Assembly: GCA_019113825.1 (NCBI GenBank)
Contig: DXGR01000092.1
Span: forward strand, 7,978 to 71,977
Reading direction: 5' to 3'
Length of the DNA: 64,000 nt
Origin: Candidatus Stackebrandtia excrementipullorum
Lineage (GTDB): Bacteria > Actinomycetota > Actinomycetes > Mycobacteriales > Micromonosporaceae
The notes under the pieces are model-generated. The model saw only the letters and a list, made by a program, of their open reading frames with translations. It ran no database searches and was not told the DNA's origin. The position numbers were made by a program, and so were the translations under genes. Numbering within the stretch: position 1 is the first letter of the stretch; each line of letters opens with the position of its first letter. Of the stretch, positions 45,254 through 54,583 are shown one piece after another.

Positions 45254-47554
45254 ATGAGCGACGACGCGGCGCAAAGCCCCGATTCGATCGAAGCACTATC
45301 CAACGCCGTGAACCATCTGCGTGCCGAGCGGGACGGTCTGCGCCAGGCGATGCGTCACCGAGCGGTCATCGAGCAGGCGAAGGGCATGCTCGCCGAACGT
45401 CTCACCGTGTCCCCCGATCAGGCGTTCGGCAAACTCGTGGAACTGTCCAGCCGCAGCAACGTGAAGGTTGCCGAACTGGCGGCCGCCCTGGTGGCCAGGC
45501 AGGTTCCCGACTCGCCTCAGACCCCTGAATATCTGGTTCCGGACGCAGCTGCCGAGGCCAAACCCGAACCGGTACCCGAATCGTCGGTCACCGCCGCGGT
45601 CGGCAGTGTTCAAGCTGCTCTCCAGCTGCTCAATTCACAGATCGGCACGGTTTCCTCTTTCGACAACCTTGCGCACACGATAGCGTCGGCGACCGAATGT
45701 TGGCCGCGTCCGGAAAACGTGCTCATCCTCGTACCGGAGGCCGACGGCGCCCTGCGTTTGACGGGCTCGGCGGGGATGTCGACGTCGACGCGAAGCCAGT
45801 GGGAACGAATCCCACCGATCGAGGAGCTCCCGATCGTGTCGGCCATGGTCAACCGCGCGGCGGTGATGCTATCCGACGCCGACGCGGTCCAACGACAGTT
45901 TCCAGTGGTTGCCGACCATCCTCACGAGGCATTGATCGCCGTGCCGCTGATCCACGAGGATCGACTGGCCGGCGTTCTCGAACTGACCTGGAGTGAGGCG
46001 TTGACCGATGCGGAGGCGATGTTGTCGCGCCTCTACGCGATCACCGACGCGTGCGCGCGCCGCTGTGAGAAGCTCGTCGCCACCTTGCACTCCACCGATA
46101 CCGACGTCGTTCACACCGTCGAGCCCGCAACGCTGGCTCTTTTTATGGAGGCGTTGAGCGAACCCGCGGTACTCATGAGCCCCGTGTGGTCGGACGACCA
46201 CATTGTCGACTTTCACATCGAGCTGGCGTCGGCACCCGCCCGTGACGCGGCGCGGACGGAGCAGATCAACAAAACCGGTGGCACCCTGCTGACCACGCTC
46301 CCCCGGGTGGGAAGCCATGTCCTTCTGCCGGCTCTCGTCCAGGCGATGAACTCCGGCGAGCCGCAGCAGCTGTCGAACGTGTTCATCGACGGCGACCTGG
46401 AGGCGACCGATCTTGATTACCGAGTCGACCTGCACGCCGTCCGACTGTGGGACCGGGTGCTGTTGACCTGGCGGTTCATCCCCGACTCGGAACGCATGTG
46501 GCCACAGTTCCGGTTTCTCGAAAAGACGCTGTGCAGCGGTTCGGTCTGTTTCGACACCGAGGACGAGACCGCCGTGTGGAGCCCCGGTGCACGGGCACTG
46601 TTCGCGCTCTCCGCGGAGGACTCCCCGCCGACCGCCGACGCGCTGGCTCACATGTGGCACGCCGACGACGTGGGCGAGCTCACCGCGGCGGCGGCCGCCG
46701 CCGAACCGGGGGAATCGGTGAGCGCCAACGTTCGCGGTGCGGGACCGTACGGCGGCCGAGAATTCGCGGTGACCATGTGCACCGACCCGGCACAACCTGC
46801 TCGCATCACGATGGTGATCCGTGACGCTCGCGCCACCGGCAGCGTGATGAGCGAACACAACAAGGTGGCCGCCGCCGCCGAGCGGATCAAGCTCGTCGAC
46901 GCGTCGGAACGCATCGAGCAGCTGACCAGGTCGGCCGCCGACGACAACATCGACCAGGTCACGTGCCAGGTGGTGTCGCCGGTGGATGCGGCGTGCTGGG
47001 TCGACCGCGTGAAGTTGTCCGACGGGTCACTGCTCCTCGTCGTCGGCGAGGTGATCGAAGGTGAACCGGAGGCGCATCGGCAACAGTTGAGACATGCGGC
47101 CGTCGCGTACGCGATCGCCGGGATGGAACCGCACGAAATCCTTTCGCACCTTAACGATCTGTGTTGCCGGACCGGTAGCGCCGCGGCGATGTCGGTGGCG
47201 TCGTTGGACGCCAAGGAGAATCTTCTACGGTGGGCGACCGCCGGTCAGAACGTCCCCATCGTCGTGGACCCCTCGGGTAAGGCACGGCTGCAAACCGGCA
47301 CGACGAGCCTGACGTTGGGGGCGACCCCCGACATCGAGCACCACGTCAACACGGTGGAGCTTCCGAGTGACAGTCGTGTCGTGTTGTACTCCGAAAGTCT
47401 GCTGACGTCGCCGAACGGCCGGCTGCCGCACACGTTGGCGGCGCTGTTGGAAACGGCCTCACACCACGACGTCCAGGAAGCCGCTACACGTTTGCACGCC
47501 GACCTCGGCGGTGACTTCGACCTGTGCCTGGTCGCGGCCGACATCGCCAGCTGA
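45254..47554 (+). CDS. ANTAR-GAF-PAS-like protein with degenerate SpoIIE/PP2C domain
   Basis: ANTAR VIEQAKGMLAER...AF..L...S...NVKV..LA; GAF ALIAVPL; C-terminal PP2C-like fold with altered Asp motifs. Confidence 0.85.
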   Translation: MSDDAAQSPDSIEALSNAVNHLRAERDGLRQAMRHRAVIEQAKGMLAERLTVSPDQAFGKLVELSSRSNVKVAELAAALVARQVPDSPQTPEYLVPDAAAEAKPEPVPESSVTAAVGSVQAALQLLNSQIGTVSSFDNLAHTIASATECWPRPENVLILVPEADGALRLTGSAGMSTSTRSQWERIPPIEELPIVSAMVNRAAVMLSDADAVQRQFPVVADHPHEALIAVPLIHEDRLAGVLELTWSEALTDAEAMLSRLYAITDACARRCEKLVATLHSTDTDVVHTVEPATLALFMEALSEPAVLMSPVWSDDHIVDFHIELASAPARDAARTEQINKTGGTLLTTLPRVGSHVLLPALVQAMNSGEPQQLSNVFIDGDLEATDLDYRVDLHAVRLWDRVLLTWRFIPDSERMWPQFRFLEKTLCSGSVCFDTEDETAVWSPGARALFALSAEDSPPTADALAHMWHADDVGELTAAAAAAEPGESVSANVRGAGPYGGREFAVTMCTDPAQPARITMVIRDARATGSVMSEHNKVAAAAERIKLVDASERIEQLTRSAADDNIDQVTCQVVSPVDAACWVDRVKLSDGSLLLVVGEVIEGEPEAHRQQLRHAAVAYAIAGMEPHEILSHLNDLCCRTGSAAAMSVASLDAKENLLRWATAGQNVPIVVDPSGKARLQTGTTSLTLGATPDIEHHVNTVELPSDSRVVLYSESLLTSPNGRLPHTLAALLETASHHDVQEAATRLHADLGGDFDLCLVAADIAS

Positions 47555-47702
47555 GAAGTCGGCTTTCAGCCCGCCGATCGGTAGCGCGGTGCCGGTCGCC
47601 ACCTCGCGTGCGCCGAAAGGTCGGTGTGTACAGGTGTACAAGGCCTTCTCCGCCTGATCCGTCCGCACGGACGACGTTCACAGGCGGTTTTTGAGGGCGG
47701 CG

Positions 47703-48767
47703 TCATCGGGACCCGAGAACGTCGGCCAGGTCGAACTTCACGACCTCTTCCAGTTGGGCGTACGTGCACGTATCGGGGTCGCGGTCGGGTCGCCACCGCA
47801 CGAACTGTGCGGTGTGCCGAAACCGGTCGCCTTCAAGATGGTCGTATGAAACCTCTGCCACGAGCCGTGGTTTCAGGGGTGTGAACGCCAGATCCTTGCC
47901 CGCCGCCCACCGACTGCCCTCCGCGTTGCGGGGCGTTCGTTTACCGGCGTCCTGTCGTTCCCGTGACCAGGGGTGGTCGTCGGTGTCGGTGACCAATGGC
48001 TGAAGCTCACCGAAAAGCTCTTCACGCCGCTTCGTGCTGAACGCTCCTATCGCCCCGACGTTGAGAAGGTCCCCGTCGGCGTTGTACAGGCCCAACAGCA
48101 GCGACCCGACACGACCGGGTCCACTTTTATGGACTCGGTAACCCGCAACGACACAATCGGCAGTACGAACGTGTTTGATCTTCAGCATGGTGCGCTTGTC
48201 GGGCTGATACACCCCGTCGACGGGTTTCGCGATAACGCCGTCGAGGCCGGCGCCCTCGAACTCGGTGAACCAGCGGGCTGCCACCGCAGGGTCCAGTGTG
48301 GCGGGCGTGACGTGAACGGGCGCGACGACATCGCCCAGCACGTCCTCCAGAAGTGCGCGCCGTCGGGCCATCGACTCGCGGCGCACGTCCACGTCGTCGA
48401 CGGCGAGCACGTCGAAGGCCACGAACGATGCCGGCGTTTCGTGCGACAACAACCTGACCCGGCTGTCGGCCGGGTGAATGCGTTGTTGCAGCGCCTCGAA
48501 GTCGAGACGGTCGGTCGAGGCGATCACGATCTCTCCGTCCAGAACGCACCGGCGCGGTAGCTGCCCACGGAACGCGTCGACGAGTTCGGGAAAGTAACGG
48601 GTCATGGGGCGGGTGTTACGGCTCCCGATCTCCACGTCGTCCCCGTCTCGGAACACGACGGCGCGGAATCCGTCCCACTTGGGTTCGAAAAGGTGACCTT
48701 TCTGGGGGATCTTGGCGACGGGTTTGGCCAACATCGGTTTGACCGGCGGCATCACCGGAAGATCCAT
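47703..48767 (-). CDS. ligC: ATP-dependent DNA ligase, LigC type
   Basis: PMLAK, FEPKWDGFR, LDGE, GLDGVIAK, KIKH.RTADCVV.GYR, FRHTAQF.RWRPDR. Confidence 0.93.
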   Translation of the reverse strand: MDLPVMPPVKPMLAKPVAKIPQKGHLFEPKWDGFRAVVFRDGDDVEIGSRNTRPMTRYFPELVDAFRGQLPRRCVLDGEIVIASTDRLDFEALQQRIHPADSRVRLLSHETPASFVAFDVLAVDDVDVRRESMARRRALLEDVLGDVVAPVHVTPATLDPAVAARWFTEFEGAGLDGVIAKPVDGVYQPDKRTMLKIKHVRTADCVVAGYRVHKSGPGRVGSLLLGLYNADGDLLNVGAIGAFSTKRREELFGELQPLVTDTDDHPWSRERQDAGKRTPRNAEGSRWAAGKDLAFTPLKPRLVAEVSYDHLEGDRFRHTAQFVRWRPDRDPDTCTYAQLEEVVKFDLADVLGSR

Positions 48768-48800
48768 GACGTCATCCTTCGCATCCAGTCGGCATACGGC

Positions 48801-49718
48801 CTACACGTCGGGAACACGCGGTCCCGGGTCCAGCAGCGGTTTCCACAGGTCGCCGTCACGTTCCAACCGCTCCAGCACGGCATCGGGCGCAAACCCGCCG
48901 TCCAGGTCCGGCACCATCTCATCCCAGGTCAACGGGGTCGAGATGGTGGGGGCACCACGATTTCTCAACGAATACGGCGCCACCGTGGTCTTGGCGGCGT
49001 TGTTCTGGCTCCAGTCGATGAGGACGCGCCCGGTGCGGTGGACCTTGCGCATGTTCCCGGTAATCAGGTCGGGGTGTTCGGCCGACAATTCGTACGCCAC
49101 AGCACGGGCGTATGCCGACACCTCCTTGTCTGTCTGTTCGGCCGCGATGGGGCAAGCCAAATGGACGCCCTTCTTGCCGGAACTTTTCGGGTAGGCGGTC
49201 AGCCCGTCCTCGGCAAGGCGATCACGCAGGATGATCGCCACCTCGACACAGTCGCCGATGTCGGCGCCCTCACCGGGGTCCAGGTCGATCACGAGCCGGT
49301 CGGGGTGTCGGGGTTCCCGTCGACGTTCCACCTTCCATTGCGGGACGTGCAGCTCGAGGGCGGCCAGATTACCCAGCCACGCCAGTGACGCCACGGAGTC
49401 GACCATGACGAAATCGGTAAACGCTCGGTCCTTTGTCGACCCGGGGGTCGGCAGGTTCTCGGTACGCACCCAGTCGGGTGTCCCCTTGGGTGCGTTCTTC
49501 TCGTAAAACGACTTGTCACCGGTGCCGTGCGGGTATCGGATACGGGTCACGGGGCGGTCGATCACGTGAGGAAGAAGGTGCTCGGCCACCTGAACGTAGT
49601 AGTCGATCACCTCGCCCTTGGTGAAACCGGTATCGGGATACAGCACCTTGGACAAACGTGTGACGATTAGCCGCCGCCCGTCCACGGTCACCTCGGTGGG
49701 TTGCCTCTCGCTGCCCAT
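48801..49718 (-). CDS. Stand-alone LigD primase-polymerase domain
   Basis: RYPHG....FYEKN, ELHVP, DLDP, KSSGKKGVH, LIDWSQN....TTVAPYSLR; no ligase or phosphoesterase domain. Confidence 0.92.
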   Translation of the reverse strand: MGSERQPTEVTVDGRRLIVTRLSKVLYPDTGFTKGEVIDYYVQVAEHLLPHVIDRPVTRIRYPHGTGDKSFYEKNAPKGTPDWVRTENLPTPGSTKDRAFTDFVMVDSVASLAWLGNLAALELHVPQWKVERRREPRHPDRLVIDLDPGEGADIGDCVEVAIILRDRLAEDGLTAYPKSSGKKGVHLACPIAAEQTDKEVSAYARAVAYELSAEHPDLITGNMRKVHRTGRVLIDWSQNNAAKTTVAPYSLRNRGAPTISTPLTWDEMVPDLDGGFAPDAVLERLERDGDLWKPLLDPGPRVPDV

Positions 49719-49855
49719 GCGCCCAGAATATGTGCATTACGGACATTTGGATGGCAAAGTCGCCAGTCGACACCGACCGGCGCGAGTGGGCTCGCGGACG
49801 AAGAGCCGGAAATCCAGCCGTCTACGTATGGCGCGACCCTGCTTGAATAACGTCC

Positions 49856-50695
49856 GTGACGACGGAATCAGCCTTCAGAAGAGTCGGCGACCTGCGAGCC
49901 GATTACGACGACCAGATCCGTACCCGGCTGGTGGCACATCACCCCGAAACGGAGACCGTGGAGCAGATCGGACCCCTGTGGCGAAAGACGGTCGACGGCG
50001 GCCGTGGCTTCATCACCTACCGGGATCTGGGCGGGCTCACCGGCAAACGCCTGGACGAACTCATCACCGTTCAACGCGATCATTTCGCCGCATTGGGCAG
50101 CGAGGTTGAGTGGCGGTTCCACGGCGACGACGAACCCGGCGACCTCCGTGACCGGTTGTCGGCAGCAGGCTTCGCTCCCGAGGCCGCCGAAACCCTCATG
50201 CTCGGCGAGGCCGCCGAACTGGCCATCGCACCTCGCCTGCCCGAGTCCGTGACGTTGCGGGAGCTGTCGGCGACGGCCGATCTGGAACGTGTTCGGCTCG
50301 TGGAGGAGGCGGTGTGGGGCGTCGATCATGCGTGGCTACCCGAGGCACTGGCCGGCGAGATCGCCTCCAGTAGCGACCCCGTTGTCGTCATCGGCGCCGA
50401 ATACGGTGAAGACCTGGTGGGCGCGGCATGGATCCGTATGTACAGTGGCACTCGGTTCGCCGGCCTGTGGGGAGGCTCGACCATGCCCGACTGGCGCGGG
50501 AAGGGCGTCTACCGGGCCATGGTGGCCCGGCGCGCGCAGATCGCATTGGCACGAGGATTCGACGCGCTCCAGGTGGACGCGCCATCCACGAGCGCAACCG
50601 TTCTCACCCGCTTGGGGATGCACGCCGTAGCCGAGACGGTCCCCTATGTCTGGAGGCCCGCACAGGCGAAAATCGCTGGCGCACAACCACAATGA
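49856..50695 (+). CDS. GNAT N-acetyltransferase
   Basis: FAGLWGGST.PDWRGKGVYRAMVARR motif, with an N-terminal duplicated fold. Confidence 0.88.
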   Translation: MTTESAFRRVGDLRADYDDQIRTRLVAHHPETETVEQIGPLWRKTVDGGRGFITYRDLGGLTGKRLDELITVQRDHFAALGSEVEWRFHGDDEPGDLRDRLSAAGFAPEAAETLMLGEAAELAIAPRLPESVTLRELSATADLERVRLVEEAVWGVDHAWLPEALAGEIASSSDPVVVIGAEYGEDLVGAAWIRMYSGTRFAGLWGGSTMPDWRGKGVYRAMVARRAQIALARGFDALQVDAPSTSATVLTRLGMHAVAETVPYVWRPAQAKIAGAQPQ

Positions 50696-50698
50696 AAA

Positions 50699-50728
50699 AC
50701 CGGATCGCCACGGGGGAAGCGATCCGGT
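50699..50728 (+). terminator. Hairpin after the GNAT gene
   Basis: 10-bp stem accggatcgc / gcgatccggt. Confidence 0.65.
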
Positions 50729-51076
50729 CTCTGTGGATTGAATCACAATCGACGCCCACCCGCATCACCCGAAAGAGTGACGCGGGTGTGACGTTGTCCC
50801 ATCATGTCGGATGTGGTCACTCGTCGACACCACCGGTTTCCGGTCCGACACAGCCGAACCTGCGAAGATCACTCCACAAGCATCACCGCCCGACGGCGTC
50901 GGGTGCGGACTATCGTCGCGAGGCCCGTCGGTCCGGTGTACCTCGCCCGTTGTGAGCAGCGGTTCGAGTGAGTGGATCACGCGAGGAAAATCCTGCATGC
51001 CGCGTCGTGTCCGCAGCCCCTTCGGAAACCCCCGAGGCGCCATCCGAACGCCGCGAAACGAAACAGCGGCTGCTTC

Positions 51077-52279
51077 TCAAGGGGAGATCACCTTCAGCGC
51101 CCGAGCGATCTTGACGTCGTGGGCCATGAACATGTCCAGTCCATCCAGTTCAGCCGGATCGAACCACCCGAAATCGACCGCCTCAACCGTGGTGCGGGGT
51201 TTTGGCGACGCCCCGTCAATCCTGCCCACGTAAACGAAACACACGAAGTCGCTATCCACTCCGAGGGTTCGGCCGTCATACGCTCCGGCAAGCCCGTCCA
51301 CCACGACATCGACTCCCAATTCCTCTTGGCACTCACGCACCGCCGTGGCCGCAGACGACTCGCCCACCTCACTGCCGCCGCCGGGCATCGCCCATTCACC
51401 GGTGTCGGAACGTCGCATCAACAGAATCCGGCCATCGTCGCCGATGATGAGCATCTCCCCCGCCGCGTTCGGAGTCACCACATCCAGCGGCCCGAAGTCG
51501 GCCGGAACCAAAGGTCTGTCGTCGTTCTCGGTGGCCAGCACCGCCTCCGCCGTCTCCAAAACACGGCCCCACCGCTGCGTGTTATACGGATCGGTCGTCT
51601 TTTCCACGCCTTCCGACGCGATCGACCGCATGCGTTCGAGAATGTTCGATACCGGGGCGGGCAGATACAGCGGCGCGTCCAACACGTCACGGTCGCTACC
51701 GTCGATGATGTACCTCGTCAACGCGTCGGGGGGCGTCGTCAGATGATCGGCCGCCACCGGTGTCGTCGCGAAGGCGTCGGCGGGCACGAACGTCACATCG
51801 ACCACGTAGGTCAGATAGTACGTGTGGCACATCGGTAGACCCGCCGCAACGCTGTCACAGACTCCGTGCGGCACCGGCACGATCTCCTCGTCGGGGATCA
51901 CCCGACGTGCCAACTCCCGCAACGCCGTCTCGGGGTCCTGTTCATACGACACGAAACCATGTGGTGCGCCGGGGACACCGGTTTCGGGGTCCCCGACCAA
52001 CATGACGCCGTCACGCTGATGGCTGAGGATCAGGACGACCCCCAGCCGCGGCGTTGCCGGCCCGTTGACGGCACGAAACGCCGCCTCGATCTCCTCCGCC
52101 TCACGCAGGTCCACCTGGGCCAACAACCGAGCGGCCAACGACCTCAACTCGGTAAAACGCTCTGCGTCACCCGCATCCGGCCCGTAGTACAGCCCGTTGG
52201 CCGCCTCGGCCCGCAGTTCATCTGCCAACAACCCGATTCTGCGTTCCCTGGAGCCGATCACCGCTGAGGTTTCATTCAT
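51077..52279 (-). CDS. Tandem Nudix hydrolase (two Nudix_N + Nudix units)
   Basis: Intact Nudix box G-GSEVG-E-SSAATAV-RECQEELGV in unit 2; degenerate box in unit 1. Confidence 0.88.
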   Translation of the reverse strand: MNETSAVIGSRERRIGLLADELRAEAANGLYYGPDAGDAERFTELRSLAARLLAQVDLREAEEIEAAFRAVNGPATPRLGVVLILSHQRDGVMLVGDPETGVPGAPHGFVSYEQDPETALRELARRVIPDEEIVPVPHGVCDSVAAGLPMCHTYYLTYVVDVTFVPADAFATTPVAADHLTTPPDALTRYIIDGSDRDVLDAPLYLPAPVSNILERMRSIASEGVEKTTDPYNTQRWGRVLETAEAVLATENDDRPLVPADFGPLDVVTPNAAGEMLIIGDDGRILLMRRSDTGEWAMPGGGSEVGESSAATAVRECQEELGVDVVVDGLAGAYDGRTLGVDSDFVCFVYVGRIDGASPKPRTTVEAVDFGWFDPAELDGLDMFMAHDVKIARALKVISP

Positions 52280-52314
52280 AGCGGTTCACGGTACCCATAG
52301 ACAACATTGCTCGG

Positions 52315-53081
52315 TCACCGCAGGAAATCCCCGACCAAACGTGCCACCTCCTGCGGCGCCTGCGTCACCATGCCGTGGCCTGCATCGAATTCGGCGGTAA
52401 CAAGATTCGTGCGTCGAGCGGCAAGCTTCGCCACGTCCTCACGCACTCCGGCTCGGTGAGCCGCCGTCAACTCCTTGAGGTGATCGGGGACGCCCGCCAG
52501 GTCATGAGCCGCCGACACGAGCAAAACGGAACATCAACCTTCGCAACGACCGGTAGACAGTCGACGAACCAGTCCGATCGGCGGACGGCCTCGACCGTGG
52601 CCGCCGAGACCCGCAGGTAGGCCCGGTCGTCACGAACCCGAACCGCACGAGGTGACATGGCGGCGACCGCCGCGTCCGGTAGCGGGGCCGCCATCGCAGC
52701 CGACTGGGCGTCGAACATCGCCGCAAGTTCGGCGAGAGCCTCATCACGACGGTCGTCGCTCATACCCCGATAGTTCCTGCCGCCCAGCGAGTGGCCCACG
52801 ATCGCGGGCCGGTCGAGGCCGCACCGTTTCGCGACGGCGTGCAGGTCTGCGAGAACCGCATCCAGGTCCCACTCGGCGTCGTCGGAGTGGCCGTGGCCGC
52901 GTAGATCCATGGATACGAGACGAAATCCGGCGAGGTGAGGTGTCAGTGGTGTCCAATCGTCGAGAGTCCCCCCGAGGCCGTGAATCAGCATCAAGTCGGG
53001 TCCGATACCTCCGTGGTCGCGAGCGGCGATCGCGATGTCGCCGTGTTCCACGTACATGTCAGTGATGTGATCGTCTCGCAT
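52315..53081 (-). pseudogene. Alpha/beta hydrolase, frameshifted and internally deleted
   Basis: LIHGLGG, DLRGHGHS, GHSLGG nucleophile, catalytic His in DAGHG in another frame; 1-bp loss in the run at 52523-52526. Confidence 0.75.
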
Positions 53082-53538
53082 GTGTTCCCCTCAGGCGACG
53101 GCGAATCGACGCGGACGTCACTCCCCCACTCGAGTGGCGTTCGAGCTTGCCGCGGGCCAGCAGGTCTGCGACTCCCTGGCGGCTGATGCGCAGCATCGCC
53201 GCCGCCGTGGCCTGCGGAACCGACTCCACCGACGGATGCCCGGACCGGCTCGCCACCGCGCGGCCCAGTGGAGTCCCCCACCAGGCGTGAGGTGGGTCGA
53301 ATGCGGTGTCGCCCGGGTACAACGCCGCGACGAGGCGCACGACGGCGGCGGTCGCGGTGGCGTCGTCGCCGTCGAGTAGCTGAGCCGCCCAGGCTTCGGC
53401 GTTCACCTCGAGCCGACTGCGCACCGGCTCCACCGCGTCGGCTTGATCGGCCAACAGGATCTCGAGCGGATCGAGGAATCTGACCCGCAGAAGCCGACGC
53501 AGGTCTGCGACGAGTTCGACATGGGTTGTTGTGTCCAT
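53059..53538 (-). CDS. Hypothetical protein with C-terminal HTH
   Basis: VPQATAAAMLRISRQGVADLLARGKL HTH; WWGTPLGR motif; overlaps the hydrolase start. Confidence 0.75.
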   Translation of the reverse strand: MDTTTHVELVADLRRLLRVRFLDPLEILLADQADAVEPVRSRLEVNAEAWAAQLLDGDDATATAAVVRLVAALYPGDTAFDPPHAWWGTPLGRAVASRSGHPSVESVPQATAAAMLRISRQGVADLLARGKLERHSSGGVTSASIRRRLRGTHARRSHH

Positions 53539-53543
53539 GGCGG

Positions 53544-53574
53544 ACCCTAGCGCTACTTGACAGCCACCGTCAAG
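53544..53574 (-). promoter_or_regulatory. Leaderless promoter with inverted repeat over -35
   Basis: TTGACG-N18-TAGGGT-N5-ATG; CTTGAC-N7-GTCAAG at 53556-53574. Confidence 0.55.
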
Positions 53575-53585
53575 GAGTAGGGCGT

Positions 53586-54536
53586 CTACCTATTTCCGGG
53601 CTGTTCCCTCCGTACCGCCAACGGAAGTGAGAACGTCACGTCCTCCACCACGGCGATGTCCTCCTCCACGACCACCGGACCGAGACCACCCAGGAACGTC
53701 ACGACGGCCTCGACCAGGTGAGGTGGCGCCGAAGCCCCCGCGGTCAACCCCACAACCGAAACACCCTCCAGCCAGCGGAGGTCGATGTCGTCGACATCCT
53801 CGATCAAACGGGCTTCGGCACCGGCACCGTCGGCCAGCTCCACCAGACGCCGCGAATTCGACGAATTGGCCGACCCCACCACCAGAACCAGCTGCGCACG
53901 ATGCGCGACGCGCGCCAACGCCGACTGACGATTCGACGTGGCGTAACAGATGTCCTCCACCGCCGGCCCTCTCAAACGGGGGAACCGTTCACGCAACACG
54001 GCGATGATCCGTTCGGTCTCCGACACCGACAACGTCGTCTGTGTCACATAGGAGACCCGCTCCGGGTCGGGAACGGTCACGGTCGCCGCATCGGTCTCGG
54101 ATTCAACCAACACGATCGAACCGGGCGCCTCCCCCATGGTCCCCGTCACCTCGTCGTGCCCGGCATGACCGATCAACACCACGGTGTCCCCGGCGGCCGC
54201 AAACCGACGCACCTGACCGTGCACCTTCGCCACCAGCGGACACGTCGCGTCGATGACGTCGAGTCCCCGTCTCGCCGCGTCGTCACGTACCTGCGGCGCG
54301 ACACCGTGCGCCGAGAAGACGACACACGCACCGTCCGGCACGGCGTCCAGCTCGGAAACAAAGACCGCGCCCTTGGTCTCCAGCTCGGCTACGACATGTG
54401 TGTTGTGCACGATCTGCCTGCGCACGTACACGGGTGCTCCATATCGAACCAATGCGAGTTCGACGATCTCGATGGCGCGCTCCACCCCCGCACAGAAAGC
54501 TCGAGGCGAGGCCAACAACACGGTTCGTGGGGACAT
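53586..54536 (-). CDS. ispH: 4-hydroxy-3-methylbut-2-enyl diphosphate reductase
   Basis: PRAFCAGVERA, IVHN, FSAHG, DATCPLVAKVH, GHAGHDEV, ICYATSNRQ, SSNS, TAGASAP. Confidence 0.97.
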   Translation of the reverse strand: MSPRTVLLASPRAFCAGVERAIEIVELALVRYGAPVYVRRQIVHNTHVVAELETKGAVFVSELDAVPDGACVVFSAHGVAPQVRDDAARRGLDVIDATCPLVAKVHGQVRRFAAAGDTVVLIGHAGHDEVTGTMGEAPGSIVLVESETDAATVTVPDPERVSYVTQTTLSVSETERIIAVLRERFPRLRGPAVEDICYATSNRQSALARVAHRAQLVLVVGSANSSNSRRLVELADGAGAEARLIEDVDDIDLRWLEGVSVVGLTAGASAPPHLVEAVVTFLGGLGPVVVEEDIAVVEDVTFSLPLAVRREQPGNR

Positions 54537-54583
54537 TGACGAAACTCCTCGACTCGGTCGGTGACAGGGCGACGACAATCGAC

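Noticed and set aside
50729-51076. Short ORFs between the GNAT and Nudix genes
   Set aside because: No homology cues, RBS or codon bias.
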